Source: Bdellovibrionota bacterium (GTDB lineage: Bacteria; Bdellovibrionota_C; UBA2361; JAFLCA01). Taken from it: a stretch of 64,000 bases of DNA. Under the pieces are notes generated by a model. It did not search any database, was not told where the DNA came from, and saw nothing but the letters and a program-made list of their open reading frames with translations. The first letter of the stretch is position 1. Each line of letters opens with the position of its first letter. Both the position numbers and the translations under genes were made by a program. Below, in pieces: positions 1 to 11,374 of this stretch. The DNA lies in contig JBIKUD010000008.1 of the NCBI GenBank assembly GCA_044347745.1, forward strand, positions 26,841 through 90,840, in the 5' to 3' direction.

Positions 1-30
1 ATTCGTCGGATTATACGAAGGACTAGGTCC

Positions 31-2304
31 ATGGCAGTAATAGACATTCAGCTTCCTATTGAATCTCGTGATCGATATTTGACCTATGCGTTAAGTGTGG
101 TGTCCGGTCGTGCGCTTCCAGATGTTAGGGATGGTCTTAAGCCTGTACAGCGTCGCATTTTGTTCGCCATGTACCGCAATCTTGGCTTGAAGCCAAGTTC
201 TAGTCACCGAAAGTCGGCTGCGGTTGTTGGTGAAGTGCTTGCACGATTTCATCCGCATGGCGACACCGCTTGTTACGATGCCATGGTTCGTATGGCTCAA
301 GATTTTTCGCTCCGCTATCCGCTTGTGGATGGGCAAGGTAACTTTGGTTCATTAGATGGCGATAATGCAGCGGCTTACCGATACACAGAGGCCAAACTGC
401 GAGAGCTTGCACTCGAGGTTATAGGTGAGATTGAAGAGGAGACCGTTGATTTCAGAGACAATTTTGACGGTACTCAAAAAGAGCCGGTAGTGTTGCCCAG
501 CCGTGTGCCTAATCTGCTGATTAACGGAGCAAGTGGCATCGCTGTAGGTATGGCCACGAGTATTCCTCCGCATAACTTGAGAGATGTGGTTAAGGCGCTT
601 ATTGAGCTCTCGCAAGATCGTGATATTACCGACCAGCGCCTTACTACCATTGTGAAAGCACCAGATTTTCCAACCGGTTGTCAAATATTAAATACACGAG
701 CCGAATTGGATGAGATGTACAAGACCGGACGCGGCGCGGTGCGCATGCGCGGCGAATGGAAGGTTGAGGAGGAATCTCGTGGGCGACGCCTCATAGTTAT
801 TTCCTCCATCCCATACGCCGTAAACAAATCTCAGCTTGTTGAGAAAATAGCTGGACTTATTATTGAGAAGAGATTGCCACAGCTTGTCGATGTGCGTGAT
901 GAATCAACAGATATCGTGCGCGTGGTGCTTGAGCTTGCAAGCGGAGCCGAGCCTGAAATGGCAATGGCCTTTCTTTTTAAACACACGCCTCTTGAGAGCA
1001 ATTTTCCCGTTAATTTAACCGCATTGGTGCCGGGAACCGAAGGTGGTGTGTTGCCTCAGCTTTTGTCTCTGAAGCAATGTTTGCTGCATTTTTTGATATT
1101 CCGTGAGCAAGTAACAGAGCGACGCCTTGTATTCGAACGCAAAACCCTGCTTGAGCGCATTCATATCTTAGAGGGCCTTGTTAAGATTTATGATGCCCTC
1201 GATGAAGCGCTTAAAATTGTGCGTAAGAGTGAAGGACGCTCAGACGCAGCCGAAAAACTGATGGCTCGGTTTAAGCTTACTGAATTACAGAGCTTTGCCG
1301 TTGTTGATATGCGTATTTATCAGCTTTCGCGCACCAACATTGAAGAAATTCGTGCGGAACTTGCAGCTAAAGAGAAGCGAGTGGCTGAGATTGATAAGCT
1401 TTTAAAGAGTAAGGCAAAAATACAAGAAATAGTCCGTAAAGATCTCGAAAGTGTTGCTGAGAAGTTTGGCGATAACCGACTCTGTAAGCTTGTAAAAGAC
1501 AACGTCGATATTGAGTTTCGAGAAGAAGACTACGTGGTGCATGAAGATGTCTACGCGATTGTCACTGTTGATGGGTGGCTCAAACGTATTCGTCAGAATA
1601 ATGAACTCGGCTCTACTCGTTTGCGTGAGGGAGATAGCATTTTGCGTGCCCTGCCGCTTTCTACCGTCGATTCGGTGGCGTTTTTCACTAACTTAGGCAT
1701 GTTATATTCGCTGCGGGTATCCGATTTTCCAGCATCAAGCGGATATGGCGACCCTGTTCAGAAAATCCTGAAGTTTAAAGATGGTGAATCTATTGTGGCA
1801 TGTTTTGGAGTGCGAGCCACGGAGGCTAAGCAAACCGAATTTGTGTTGGGAGCTGACGATACCTTAGCGGAAGGCGACACAATGGTTCTAGTTTCTCGCA
1901 CGGGCACTGGTTTCGGTCTTCAGGTCAAAGATTTGCAGGGACTTAAACGTAATGGCCGTCGAGCTATGAAACCTCGGGATGGAGACTTTTTGGCCGCGGT
2001 TACCAAATTAGAGAATAAGCTCGCTCTTTTTAGCCGAAAAGCGGCAGGCTTAATTATTGAAAAATCGGAGATTCCAGTTCGTGACAGCGCGGCAGTGGGC
2101 GTAGCGCTTATGGGTGTACGCGACGATGATGCGTTAGTGGCAGCAATAGGCTTCTCTGGCTCTACTACCTTTTCGGTTTTAAATGATGCTGGAAAGTCTA
2201 CGGATCTTAAAGCTTCTGAAATGCTGGCTGGGCACAGAGCACTTAAGGGCAATAAAGTTATTTCGCGTGGTGAAATCAAAGCAGTAAAGAGGGTCCATGG
2301 CTAA
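31..2304 (+). CDS. parC: Type IIA topoisomerase subunit A (GyrA/ParC family). The size (757 aa) and the short partner protein favour topoisomerase IV ParC.
   Basis: The N-terminus reads [32 protein letters not shown], the catalytic-Tyr region of GyrA/ParC. It overlaps the downstream B subunit by 8 nt. I saw no GyrA-box-like QRRGGKG. Confidence 0.8.
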   Translation: MAVIDIQLPIESRDRYLTYALSVVSGRALPDVRDGLKPVQRRILFAMYRNLGLKPSSSHRKSAAVVGEVLARFHPHGDTACYDAMVRMAQDFSLRYPLVDGQGNFGSLDGDNAAAYRYTEAKLRELALEVIGEIEEETVDFRDNFDGTQKEPVVLPSRVPNLLINGASGIAVGMATSIPPHNLRDVVKALIELSQDRDITDQRLTTIVKAPDFPTGCQILNTRAELDEMYKTGRGAVRMRGEWKVEEESRGRRLIVISSIPYAVNKSQLVEKIAGLIIEKRLPQLVDVRDESTDIVRVVLELASGAEPEMAMAFLFKHTPLESNFPVNLTALVPGTEGGVLPQLLSLKQCLLHFLIFREQVTERRLVFERKTLLERIHILEGLVKIYDALDEALKIVRKSEGRSDAAEKLMARFKLTELQSFAVVDMRIYQLSRTNIEEIRAELAAKEKRVAEIDKLLKSKAKIQEIVRKDLESVAEKFGDNRLCKLVKDNVDIEFREEDYVVHEDVYAIVTVDGWLKRIRQNNELGSTRLREGDSILRALPLSTVDSVAFFTNLGMLYSLRVSDFPASSGYGDPVQKILKFKDGESIVACFGVRATEAKQTEFVLGADDTLAEGDTMVLVSRTGTGFGLQVKDLQGLKRNGRRAMKPRDGDFLAAVTKLENKLALFSRKAAGLIIEKSEIPVRDSAAVGVALMGVRDDDALVAAIGFSGSTTFSVLNDAGKSTDLKASEMLAGHRALKGNKVISRGEIKAVKRVHG

Positions 2305-4225
2305 GGCAGGAGCATATTCAGCAGCCGATATTGAAGTATTGGAAGGTTTAGAGCCGGTTCGAAAACGGCCTGGAATGTATATTGGAGGCACCGAGGGCCC
2401 TGCGGGGTTGCATCACCTTGCAAAAGAGATTCTCGATAACTCTGTTGATGAGGCCATGAATGGGCATGCGGACACCATTATCTTAACCCTGCATAAAGAT
2501 GGTGAAAGCATCACGGTCAAAGATAATGGACGTGGCATTCCGGTTGATATCCATCCAAAATTTAAAAAACCGGCTCTTGAGATTATTCTGACTACCCTGC
2601 ACTCGGGCGGAAAATTTTCTGATAACAATTACGTTTCCGCAGGCGGATTGCACGGCGTAGGATCCTCTGTAGTGAATGCATTATCCGAAAAATTTGACGC
2701 GCATATTTGCCGCGATGGTTACGAGTGGAGCCAGAGTTTTTCTCGGGGAAAGCCAACCGGAGGCATTAAAAAAGGTGCAAAAACCAAAGAGCATGGCACC
2801 TCCATTTTCTTTCGGCCAGACGATCAAATCTTTCGCGCTATTAAGTTCTCGGCAGAAAGACTTGAGCGCATGCTTGAAGAGAAAGCCTTTCTCAATAAAG
2901 GCTTACGGTTAACTTTTGTAGATGAGACCAGTGGCTCAAGCAAAACCTTTTGTTTCGAGGACGGTCTTAAGTCCTATCTCGCTGATACTTTGACAAAGCA
3001 GAATCTTAAACCCATAGCGAATGAGACATTTTATTTAGAGCGATCTGCCGGAATAAAAGTTGAGTGCGCATTTTGCTGGACAGAAGCCACCCAGGAACGG
3101 GTGCTCTCATACGTGAACGGAATTAGCACCGGCCAAGGCGGTAGCCATGAAGATGGTTTTAAAAGTGGCCTAGGCAAAGCTTTGCGAAATTACATGTCGG
3201 TGCACGACTTGGTTCCAAAGGGTGTAAAGGTAGTTGGCGAGGATCTGCGCGAGGGGTTGGTTGCGGTTCTTTCAGTTAATGTGCCAGGTGCAGTAGCTCA
3301 GCTTCAATTCCAGGGTCAAACCAAAGACAAGCTGAATAATCCAGAGGTGCTTCCTCCAGTTGAGGCGCTTCTTAGAAGTTTTGAGAATACCCTCAATTCG
3401 ACACCGACACTGGCAAACCAAATTGTTGAGCGAGTGCTCCTTGCTGCTAAGGCGCGAGCCGCCGCACGCAGCGCCGCCGACAGTATTTCACGTAAAGTAG
3501 GGGTGAGTCATAAGCTCAATTTGCCTGGCAAGCTGGCTGACTGCTCAGCGACTCGCCAAGATAAATGCGAGCTATTTATCGTAGAAGGTGATTCGGCTGG
3601 TGGCAGCGCCAAACAGGGGAGAGATAGAGAGACGCAGGCCATCTTGCCGCTGCGCGGAAAAATTTTAAATTCAATTGCTGCAGGCGAAGATAAACTTAAA
3701 GATAACCGCGAAATTTTGGATCTGGTATCTGCTTTGGGTGCCGGAATCGGAGAGCAGCTAAAACTCAACAAACTGCGTTACGGGAAAGTTATAATATTAA
3801 CCGATGCAGATGCTGACGGCATGCATATTTCGTCGCTATTAATGGCCTTCTTTTTTAGATTTATGCGCCCCTTAATTGAGGCTGGGCACCTTTATATTGG
3901 TATGCCCCCCTTGTATCGCATTAGGGTGGGCTCTGGCACCCGAGAGGACACCCATTGGGTGTATAATGATCAGGAAAAAGAGAAAGTATTAAAGACGGTA
4001 GGGAAGAGCAAGGTGCACATAACTCGCTTTAAAGGTCTTGGCGAAATGAACCCGAGCACGCTCTGGGAAACGACCCTAAACCCGCGAACTAGAAACATTT
4101 TACGTGTAACCTTTAGTGACGCAGCCGAGGCCATGAAGATGTTTGATAGCCTCCTAGGCAAGGATAGCAGCGAGCGTTATCGATTAATTCAAGAGAATGC
4201 CCATAGACTTGAACTAGATCTCTAA
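2297..4225 (+). CDS. parE: Type IIA topoisomerase subunit B (GyrB/ParE family); at 642 aa likely topoisomerase IV ParE.
   Basis: It has the GHKL ATPase motif [12 protein letters not shown] and the TOPRIM motif [15 protein letters not shown]...PLRGKILN. It is translationally coupled to the A subunit. Confidence 0.85.
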   Translation: MAKAGAYSAADIEVLEGLEPVRKRPGMYIGGTEGPAGLHHLAKEILDNSVDEAMNGHADTIILTLHKDGESITVKDNGRGIPVDIHPKFKKPALEIILTTLHSGGKFSDNNYVSAGGLHGVGSSVVNALSEKFDAHICRDGYEWSQSFSRGKPTGGIKKGAKTKEHGTSIFFRPDDQIFRAIKFSAERLERMLEEKAFLNKGLRLTFVDETSGSSKTFCFEDGLKSYLADTLTKQNLKPIANETFYLERSAGIKVECAFCWTEATQERVLSYVNGISTGQGGSHEDGFKSGLGKALRNYMSVHDLVPKGVKVVGEDLREGLVAVLSVNVPGAVAQLQFQGQTKDKLNNPEVLPPVEALLRSFENTLNSTPTLANQIVERVLLAAKARAAARSAADSISRKVGVSHKLNLPGKLADCSATRQDKCELFIVEGDSAGGSAKQGRDRETQAILPLRGKILNSIAAGEDKLKDNREILDLVSALGAGIGEQLKLNKLRYGKVIILTDADADGMHISSLLMAFFFRFMRPLIEAGHLYIGMPPLYRIRVGSGTREDTHWVYNDQEKEKVLKTVGKSKVHITRFKGLGEMNPSTLWETTLNPRTRNILRVTFSDAAEAMKMFDSLLGKDSSERYRLIQENAHRLELDL

Positions 4226-4379
4226 AAAGATTAAGAATTATGCCATAGTGTAAAAGGCCGTTTGCGTTGTCCTCGCTTGTTTTGGAATGCCAGGGTGTTC
4301 TATGCAACACTGCGAGGGTAGGCCAAAGTTTCGCGACTACAGTAAAGGGTTGCAGCGAAACAGCGGTAAGTGAGGAAGA

Positions 4380-5258
4380 GTGAGTTCTAATCTGTCAGAG
4401 TCTCTGCAAGCGATATATGCCGAAGTGCAGCGCAGTGCCGATCGTATGGGTGGTTGCGATCCCCAATGGCTTAGAAATTCCGAACCAGTTCAATTTAGCA
4501 CAGTTGAAATTCCAACCAAGTCAGTTGATGCTCAGGTTCCCGAGTTAGTGCTGCTGCACGGACTACTGGGTGCTTTATCAAACTGGGACACAGTAGCACC
4601 CTTGATGGCAGAGTATAGTAAGCCGGTGGCCCTCTCGTTGCCGATTTTGACCGCCCGTCGCACTGAAGTAAAAGTCAAAGCATTGGCTGCATATACTGAA
4701 GTTTTTATTCGCAGCAGAAAACTAACTCCGGTTGCACTTTGCGGGAATTCACTTGGCGGCCACGTGGCAATGCGCCTGTGTTTAGCAAGGCCAGAGTTGG
4801 TTGATTGTTTAATTTTGTCAGGGTCCTCTGGACTCTATGAGCATTCGGTAGATGCCTTGCCTGTGCGTCCTGATAGAAAATACCTGCGCGAGCATATGGC
4901 CAGAGTCTTCTATCAACCGCAGTTTACTACCGATGAGCGCATTGAGGAGATTTATAAAATTGTTTCAAAGCGTGGGAATGTGCTGAATTTAATTCACACT
5001 GCTCGCAGCGCCAAAAAAGATAATCTTTTGCAGGTGCTTAAAGAGATAAAGGTTCCGGTGCTTTTGTTGTGGGGAGAAGACGACCAAGTTACCACTATGC
5101 AAGTGGCTGAACAGTTTCATAAAAATTTGCCCAATTCTGAGCTTGTTTCGATTAAAAACTGTGGGCACGCGCCAATGATTGAGTATCCGGAGTGGTTTGC
5201 CGAGCAGGTGCAGCGTTTTTTAAAGAAACATTCTCGTTTTTCAAAAGTGAGCTCGTAG
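4380..5258 (+). CDS. Alpha/beta-fold hydrolase
   Basis: HGLLG oxyanion-type motif near the N-terminus and a GNSLGG nucleophile elbow (GxSxG). Length 292 aa. A late His lies in the CGHAP motif. Confidence 0.65.
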   Translation: MSSNLSESLQAIYAEVQRSADRMGGCDPQWLRNSEPVQFSTVEIPTKSVDAQVPELVLLHGLLGALSNWDTVAPLMAEYSKPVALSLPILTARRTEVKVKALAAYTEVFIRSRKLTPVALCGNSLGGHVAMRLCLARPELVDCLILSGSSGLYEHSVDALPVRPDRKYLREHMARVFYQPQFTTDERIEEIYKIVSKRGNVLNLIHTARSAKKDNLLQVLKEIKVPVLLLWGEDDQVTTMQVAEQFHKNLPNSELVSIKNCGHAPMIEYPEWFAEQVQRFLKKHSRFSKVSS

Positions 5259-5287
5259 TACACATATCTTAATTAGAGACGGTCCTA

Positions 5288-5839
5288 ATGATTAGAGAAA
5301 AAAGTAGCGATAAGTTCCCGCTCTTAAGCCCCATACCTGCATTTGCTTTGCGAAATGTAGATGGAGCAATGATATCTCAAAACTTTTTTCAGGGAGCAAA
5401 GGCGTCCTTGGTGTTTTTTAGCTGCAACCACTGCCCGTATGTGAAAGGAAGCGAAGACTTACTTGTTCGCCTCGTGCGTGAATTTGAGCCTAAGGGACTC
5501 CGCACTGTTGCCATAAACTCGAATGATGCTCAAAAATATCCTGATGACTCATTTGAGATGATGCAGCAAAAAGCTAAAATTGCAGCCTTGCCCTATCCGT
5601 ATCTACATGATGAATCACAAGAAGTGGCCCGTAGCTTTGATGCTGCCTGTACGCCAGAGTTTTATTTGTTTAATGCTGCTGGAAAACTTTGTTATCACGG
5701 AACTATTAATGATAGTCCAAAGGATGCCAGCAAGGTGAGCAAGCAGCATTTACGCACAGCGCTAGAGCAACTTTTTTCTGGAGCGGAAGTAAGCCCAGGC
5801 TATGTGCATCCGCTTGGCTGCTCGATTAAGTGGAAGTGA
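5288..5839 (+). CDS. Thioredoxin-fold protein (redoxin/TlpA-like thiol-disulfide oxidoreductase)
   Basis: CxxC motif in the context FFSCNHCPYVKG. Length about 180 aa, typical of thioredoxin-like proteins. Confidence 0.55.
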   Translation: MIREKSSDKFPLLSPIPAFALRNVDGAMISQNFFQGAKASLVFFSCNHCPYVKGSEDLLVRLVREFEPKGLRTVAINSNDAQKYPDDSFEMMQQKAKIAALPYPYLHDESQEVARSFDAACTPEFYLFNAAGKLCYHGTINDSPKDASKVSKQHLRTALEQLFSGAEVSPGYVHPLGCSIKWK

Positions 5840-6452
5840 AGTTCTTTTTTTGATGCGCGGGCTCGGATTTCAGTGTCCGTTGAGCGGCACTCCGTCAAAC
5901 TGTTATCTGTACAACTGTTAGTCCGTAACCCGTGATCTGCTGCTCCCGTTCTCCGTCGGCCCGTATTCAGTACACCAGTTAGTCCGTTTTCTGTGACCTG
6001 CTCCAGTTTCAGAAACCAGTTTCGAGCTCCTGAGAAATAAGGGGCTCTTAGCCCCGGTACATTAATAGCTTATAAAGATGAGCTGCCAAGCAGTCGGCTT
6101 CTGCTACAAGATGGCTGCCACTTGCTCCAAGCTCAAGTATGGCCTGGCACTCATTTTCCGTTGAGCCGAAATCCGACAAACCGGGATCAGCCCACTGGTC
6201 TCCGGCACCTGACTTGGCAAGAAGGCAGTCAGGCTTGGCAGAAGCTAGACTGCCTCGGCGCTCACTTATATAAACTTATTAAGAGTACGGGCTGAGGCCC
6301 TACTTTTTTTCCGAATTTCAGTTGCTGTTGGGCTGTCTCCCGTTGGCCCGTAGCCTGTCCTGGACCCTGGTTTTCCAGTCCCTGACCCGGATCCGGAAAA
6401 AACGGTCTCGGAGTTGGGCACCAGATCCTGAAACTTCCATTTATCTTAGTAG

Positions 6453-6488
6453 ATAAAAAAAAGGCTAAGTGGGTGGGGGACCCACTTA
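6453..6488 (-). terminator. Rho-independent terminator-like hairpin on the minus strand, with no annotated gene upstream of it
   Basis: Perfect 8-9 bp stem (aagtgggt / acccactt) with a 5-nt G loop. On the minus strand it is followed after 3 nt by a run of 9 T. Confidence 0.5.
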
Positions 6489-6794
6489 ACCAGGAGTCAG
6501 GCATTAAATATTTCACTTTGAAATTATCGCCGTGAATTAAAGGGTATTTCTATCCATTGCGAGAAGTGTGCCAATTCCCAGGTTGTGTTATCAGTACCAA
6601 GGTTACTAGTTTGTTAAGGTAACTGTAAGATTTGGACGTAACGTAAGATTGTAAGAAAAGTTATAAATTATATAGTAAATTCAATAAGATAAACTTAATC
6701 GCCAGCTTCTGGCCTGTCTGGCCGATAGAAACTAAGGCAAAATTGGCAACTCCTCAGAAAAATTGGGAACCAGGATTACGAAGGTGAACTACAT

Positions 6795-8783
6795 ATGAGT
6801 TTGAACATCAAAAACTTAAGCAAGTTGGCTAATGCCGTCCGAGTGCTATCAATTGATGCCATTGAAAAAGCAAATTCGGGACACCCTGGCTTGCCGCTCG
6901 GCGCTGCCGATTTCACCACTTTGCTTTGGGCAAACCACCTGCGTTTTAACCCCAAGAATCCCGGATGGATTGGCCGGGACCGCTTTATTTTGTCAGCCGG
7001 ACACGGCTGTATGCTTTGGTATTCTTTGCTTCATTTGTTTGGTTATGACCTTGGCCTAAATGACCTTAAAAGCTTTAGGCAATGGGAAAGCAGAACACCA
7101 GGACACCCTGAATTTGGAATGACCCCTGGTATTGAAACCACCACCGGGCCACTTGGGCAGGGGTTCGCAAATGGTGTGGGCATGGCACTGGCATCTAAAA
7201 TGCTGGCTGAGCGTTATTCGCAAAGCTTGTTTGGTTCAAAGGTTTTTGCCGTTGTCAGTGACGGAGATGTAATGGAAGGTGTCGCCAGCGAGGCGGCTTC
7301 ATTGGCCGGACACTGGGGCCTCAATAATCTAATTTACCTATACGACGATAATCATATCTCGTTGGCCGGACATACCGATGTTTGTTTTACCGAGTCAGTA
7401 CCTCAAAGACTTGAGGGCCAAGGTTGGTTTACTCAGTCGGTAAATGGGCATGATATCGCTGCGGTTGAAGCCTGCATTCAAAAGGCAAAGGCAGAAAAAA
7501 ACAGGCCAAGTATTATTTGCTGCCGAACGACTTTGGGGTTTGGTAGTCCCAATAAAGCTAATACCCATGACGTACATGGAGCTCCGTTGGGAGCCGAGGA
7601 ACTGAAGCTCACCAAAAAAGCTTTGGGTTGGCCTGAGGATAGTCAGTTTTTAGTTCCCGAAGATGTGCAGGCTTATTGTAATGAGTTAATTGAAAGCAAA
7701 ATTGCTGAGTACCAGAAATGGGAGAAAGAATTTGCAGCTTGGGAGAAAGCTGAAGGTGGAAAAGCGAAAGAGCTGAAGGCTCAAATTGCGCGAGAGTTAC
7801 CAGCAACCTTAAAAGGTAGTTTGCTTGCAGCTTTTGCTGAGCCCAAAAAAGATGCTACCCGCAATCTTTCCCATAAAGCGATTCAAGTTATCGCCAAAGA
7901 AGTGCCTTGGTTTGTGGGCGGATCCGCTGATCTTGATCCTTCAACCAAGACCAACATCAAAGATGGCGGAGATGTACAAAAGCCAGCTTTTAGTGGCAAA
8001 AACATAAAGTTTGGTGTGCGTGAACATGCGATGGGGTCGATTGCAAATGCGTTTGCATATACCCGCGCATGGGTTCCCTATACTGCAACCTTCCTCGTTT
8101 TTGCCGACTACATGCGGCCGCCAATACGGCTTGCCGCCATTTCGCATTTACAATCACTCTTTATTTTTACTCATGATTCATTTTGGGTTGGCGAAGATGG
8201 GCCTACTCATGAACCAATTGAGCATGTCATGAGTTTGCGCGCGATTCCGCAGTTGTATGTGTTTAGACCAGCGGACGGAATTGAAGTTGCCATGTGTTAT
8301 TACGAGGCGCTGAACCTTAAAGAACGTCCGAGCACCTTAATGTTTACTCGTCAAAATGTGGCCCCACTCGAAAGAGAGGCAAATTTCAACCCAGATATGA
8401 TTGGGAAAGGGGCTTACATCGTAAGTGGCACGGACGTAGAAAGTTTGGTGCTTGTTGCCACAGGTTCTGAAGTTGCCCTAGCTTGCGAAGCCAAGAAGCT
8501 GCTTGCTTCTAAGGGGATTAAGGCCAGAGTGGTTTCAATGCCCTGTATGGAGAAATTCTTTGAGCAGCCTCAGTCTTATCGCGAGGCGATTCTTCCCGCT
8601 GCTGCAAAGAAGGTTTCAATTGAAGCTGGAATTACTATGGGCTGGCATATAATAGTTGGCTCAGGCGGATTAACAATTGGCCTAGACCACTACGGAGCTT
8701 CGGCCCCTGGTGAACTATTGGCAGAAAAATTTGGTTTCACACCAGGTGCTGTTGCTCAGAAAATTGAAGCTTGGCTTAAATAG
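6795..8783 (+). CDS. tkt: Transketolase
   Basis: 662 aa. It has the N-terminal TPP-binding motif SGHPGLPLGAADF, and the length and overall layout are typical of Tkt. Confidence 0.92.
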   Translation: MSLNIKNLSKLANAVRVLSIDAIEKANSGHPGLPLGAADFTTLLWANHLRFNPKNPGWIGRDRFILSAGHGCMLWYSLLHLFGYDLGLNDLKSFRQWESRTPGHPEFGMTPGIETTTGPLGQGFANGVGMALASKMLAERYSQSLFGSKVFAVVSDGDVMEGVASEAASLAGHWGLNNLIYLYDDNHISLAGHTDVCFTESVPQRLEGQGWFTQSVNGHDIAAVEACIQKAKAEKNRPSIICCRTTLGFGSPNKANTHDVHGAPLGAEELKLTKKALGWPEDSQFLVPEDVQAYCNELIESKIAEYQKWEKEFAAWEKAEGGKAKELKAQIARELPATLKGSLLAAFAEPKKDATRNLSHKAIQVIAKEVPWFVGGSADLDPSTKTNIKDGGDVQKPAFSGKNIKFGVREHAMGSIANAFAYTRAWVPYTATFLVFADYMRPPIRLAAISHLQSLFIFTHDSFWVGEDGPTHEPIEHVMSLRAIPQLYVFRPADGIEVAMCYYEALNLKERPSTLMFTRQNVAPLEREANFNPDMIGKGAYIVSGTDVESLVLVATGSEVALACEAKKLLASKGIKARVVSMPCMEKFFEQPQSYREAILPAAAKKVSIEAGITMGWHIIVGSGGLTIGLDHYGASAPGELLAEKFGFTPGAVAQKIEAWLK

Positions 8784-9025
8784 TAGTGGTGGAAGCGCTG
8801 GTGCAGGATCAGGAGCCGGATCAGGTTCAGGATCTGGCGACGGGAAAACTGGCAAACTGTTCAACGGAAAGCAGTTGACTGCAAAACTCTGCAAGTGATT
8901 TTCTGATTCCCGAACCCGAAATCAGTATCTGGCGGCGGGATTACCAACAACTGTTGACCGTAAGCTATTGCTGCAACAAAATTTCAATTCGCCAAATTAA
9001 TAGCACTGCTCTGTTCTCATTCGCA

Positions 9026-11335
9026 CTATTCAGCAACTAAAGTGTACGGATTTAGCCCAACCGCAACTCTGGCGCAGGCAGCCGCTTGTTCAGCTTTACT
9101 CTGTAGAGTTGGCGCGACAGTAAGAGCATTTCTCTGGTCATCGCAGGAGCCTCCTTGCGGGCATGGTTCACGAAATCGACTTTGGAGCACACACGGCGAG
9201 CAGGCATGTAAAGCTTTGTTACAATCATTTGCTGGATTTGCGTCTAGGTCAGAATCGCAGGCGGCGCCCCCTCGATCGTTGTAAAAATTTACATAATTAC
9301 TTACTGGACCGGGTTCGAGCATTGGGCAAATAAAGCCACCGGTATCAATAGCAAGCTGTGTAAATAGCCCTACAGGAGAGCCAAAGATCCACCCAGTATT
9401 TCCTGCGGTAAAATTGTTAAATGCTTGGTCCAGAGCAGCAGTGGGAGCTCCAGTATCATCGTAGCTTGCTGAACTTACGAACGCTTGTGTGCCTCCGCCC
9501 CCTTGGCCAGAGAAGCCAAGCGCGCGGGCTTGGTCGTAACTTAAATAGCAAGCTGGATTGTCGGTAGTAAATCCGGTGCCTGAAGTCCAGGTGCCGCAAG
9601 CGGGGTTGTTGCTTGAAATATTAAAATAATTGGGGCGAATGCCGCTGCCGTCTAGAATAGTGGTCAGCGAAATTTCTCTTTGTTGTAAAAGTGTTCTGAT
9701 GCTTGGAATGCCAGGTCCAATATTATTAAAAAGGAGCTGTGCCTCAGCGCGCCGATAATACGAAAAAGTTGGTGGGCTGCCCGCTGGTAAAATAGGCACA
9801 TAACCAGTTCCCGTAGAATTGGAATACAAACTGGAGACCCCATCGGTAGCCAGAATAATTGACTTACTTGAAAGTGGGGGGCAAAAGTTTGTGAGCGTAT
9901 TGGCTGCATCTAAGAGCGCCAAGACAATATTTGTATTTTGGCTGTTTGCCGAAGGAAACCAACCCTTATCAACAAAATTTGGGTGAATTTTAGGATGTGC
10001 AGGGTCCGGTACGTTTGCTCCAGCGCTAAACACTATCCGTCCAGCATTGTCCATGTTGGTAAGCTGGATAAGGTACCCTAAATCATTCGTAAGGCCGGTG
10101 CCGGGCTCTTTATCTCGAATGACATCGGAAAACATTACGACAACGCTGCTATCTGTGCCCGATTGGGTGGCCTGCATTCGTCTAAGACCAGCGTTAAAAG
10201 CTAACATATTGTTCGAAAACGGCTGGGGCCCTGTGTACGCTGGTGGTGCGTGGAATTTTTCAACCCACACAGGCACATTGGGCCCTCCTGGCGTCACAGG
10301 GGCTGATTCAAGTTCGTAGTCGTCTTGATAATGGCGAATATCAGGCGGGGTTCCCGTGCCATAAGCGGAGGTTCTAAATTGCGGATAGTTGCACCATGCT
10401 ATTCCCTCGGCGCTTAAATATGGATTGCTTAAATTAGGAGACTGGCAGTTGACTGGAAGGTTTGCCTGAGTAAGTGCATAAAAGCCAAAATTGTCTTTGT
10501 TCGGCCCACCTAAGCTTTCAGGTAAAGCCATTTGCGAGGGAGCGCAGCAGGCAGTCCCTACGCAGGTGCTCGGAATCTGGTTACAAAACTCAACCGGAAG
10601 CCCCCCGGGGTTAGTAGGATCACAGCAGCTTGTTGGGTTTGCTGAATCATACTCGCAGGAGCTGGTGCTTATGTTAATGCAGGGGTTTGGTGGGGCAGCC
10701 CGATACGGCTTATGAGTTTCTACTTGAACTGAGATAGAAAGATCCATTACATAGGCCGCGCAGCGCGGCACAATAGCGGCAATTGCACTGGCGTTAATAT
10801 TAAATCCATTTAGCCCAAAAAAGTTACCGAACGGAAAATCGATGGGATCATTTGGCTCGGTATTTACCGAGAGCTTAACTGCATTAATTGTGGTGCCTGG
10901 AGTGCTGCTTGGGTTTCCCTCAACAAAGCAGGGGTAAGCTCCGCCGCAAGGGTCAATTCCAACGGGTTGTGACTGATACCAAGTGCCATAAGCAGCTACG
11001 CCGCCGCTGCCAACTAAAGGACTATAGCCAATGTTTTGAATCGGATTTTGGGTGCCGGCTAACTTATTTGCCGCAAGTATTTCTCTTGCGCGATTAATGC
11101 CGTCAGCCACACGGGCATCATGCATACTCGAGGGGTTTGGGCTATTTACATAACCCTCTAGGGCTGCAAGGGCGGCCAAATTGGTAGCATCAAGTAATCT
11201 TGTTTTGCTTGAGCTTAAAATGCCAAGTCCAATTACTGCGCCGGTAAGAAGCACAATTGCGGTAATAAGCAGGGCGAGGAGTACCATAAAAACTCCCTGC
11301 TCTTTTTTATTTTTCAGAGGTTGCAAGTGCTTCAT
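9026..11335 (-). CDS. TadG-like Tad/Flp pilus-associated protein with a probable vWA-like region and Cys-rich segments
   Basis: N-terminal single TM of the TadE/TadG type (VFMVLLALLITAIVLLTGAVIGLG). It also has a MIDAS-like VVVMFSDV...ILATDG segment and many Cys clusters. It lies adjacent to two TadE-like genes. Confidence 0.5.
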   Translation of the reverse strand: MKHLQPLKNKKEQGVFMVLLALLITAIVLLTGAVIGLGILSSSKTRLLDATNLAALAALEGYVNSPNPSSMHDARVADGINRAREILAANKLAGTQNPIQNIGYSPLVGSGGVAAYGTWYQSQPVGIDPCGGAYPCFVEGNPSSTPGTTINAVKLSVNTEPNDPIDFPFGNFFGLNGFNINASAIAAIVPRCAAYVMDLSISVQVETHKPYRAAPPNPCINISTSSCEYDSANPTSCCDPTNPGGLPVEFCNQIPSTCVGTACCAPSQMALPESLGGPNKDNFGFYALTQANLPVNCQSPNLSNPYLSAEGIAWCNYPQFRTSAYGTGTPPDIRHYQDDYELESAPVTPGGPNVPVWVEKFHAPPAYTGPQPFSNNMLAFNAGLRRMQATQSGTDSSVVVMFSDVIRDKEPGTGLTNDLGYLIQLTNMDNAGRIVFSAGANVPDPAHPKIHPNFVDKGWFPSANSQNTNIVLALLDAANTLTNFCPPLSSKSIILATDGVSSLYSNSTGTGYVPILPAGSPPTFSYYRRAEAQLLFNNIGPGIPSIRTLLQQREISLTTILDGSGIRPNYFNISSNNPACGTWTSGTGFTTDNPACYLSYDQARALGFSGQGGGGTQAFVSSASYDDTGAPTAALDQAFNNFTAGNTGWIFGSPVGLFTQLAIDTGGFICPMLEPGPVSNYVNFYNDRGGAACDSDLDANPANDCNKALHACSPCVLQSRFREPCPQGGSCDDQRNALTVAPTLQSKAEQAAACARVAVGLNPYTLVAE

Positions 11336-11374
11336 AGCAAAACTCCATTAAAATTTCTTGGTACCCGCTGGGTA

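Noticed and set aside
31-4225. Calling the topoisomerase pair gyrA/gyrB
   Set aside because: The subunit sizes (757 and 642 aa), the A-then-B order with overlap, and the apparent lack of a GyrA box favour parC/parE. It is still a family-level call only.
5840-6500. Possibility that the ORF-free region is RNase P RNA, tmRNA or SRP RNA
   Set aside because: I could not find the conserved RNase P P4 motif (GGAAAGUCCGGGCUCC), the tmRNA tRNA-like 3' end (GGUUCGA...UCCACCA) or the SRP domain IV motif. Only weak look-alikes such as gaaatccgagcccgc are present, so I report the region as an unclassified ncRNA candidate instead.
6262-6516. 84-aa minus-strand ORF in the large intergenic region
   Set aside because: It contains the terminator hairpin and A-run within its codons, sits in repeat-rich noncoding DNA, and has no motifs. 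It is more likely non-coding.
6832-7059. Plus-strand 75-aa ORF inside tkt, and other small internal or antisense ORFs listed in the track
   Set aside because: These are alternate-frame or antisense artefacts within well-supported long CDSs.
8710-8898. Gly/Ser-rich 62-aa ORF (GSAGAGSGAGSGSGSGDG) overlapping the end of tkt
   Set aside because: It has no in-frame start codon after the tkt stop. The Gly/Ser run comes from a DNA-level ggatcagg-type microsatellite in the intergenic space, not from a gene.
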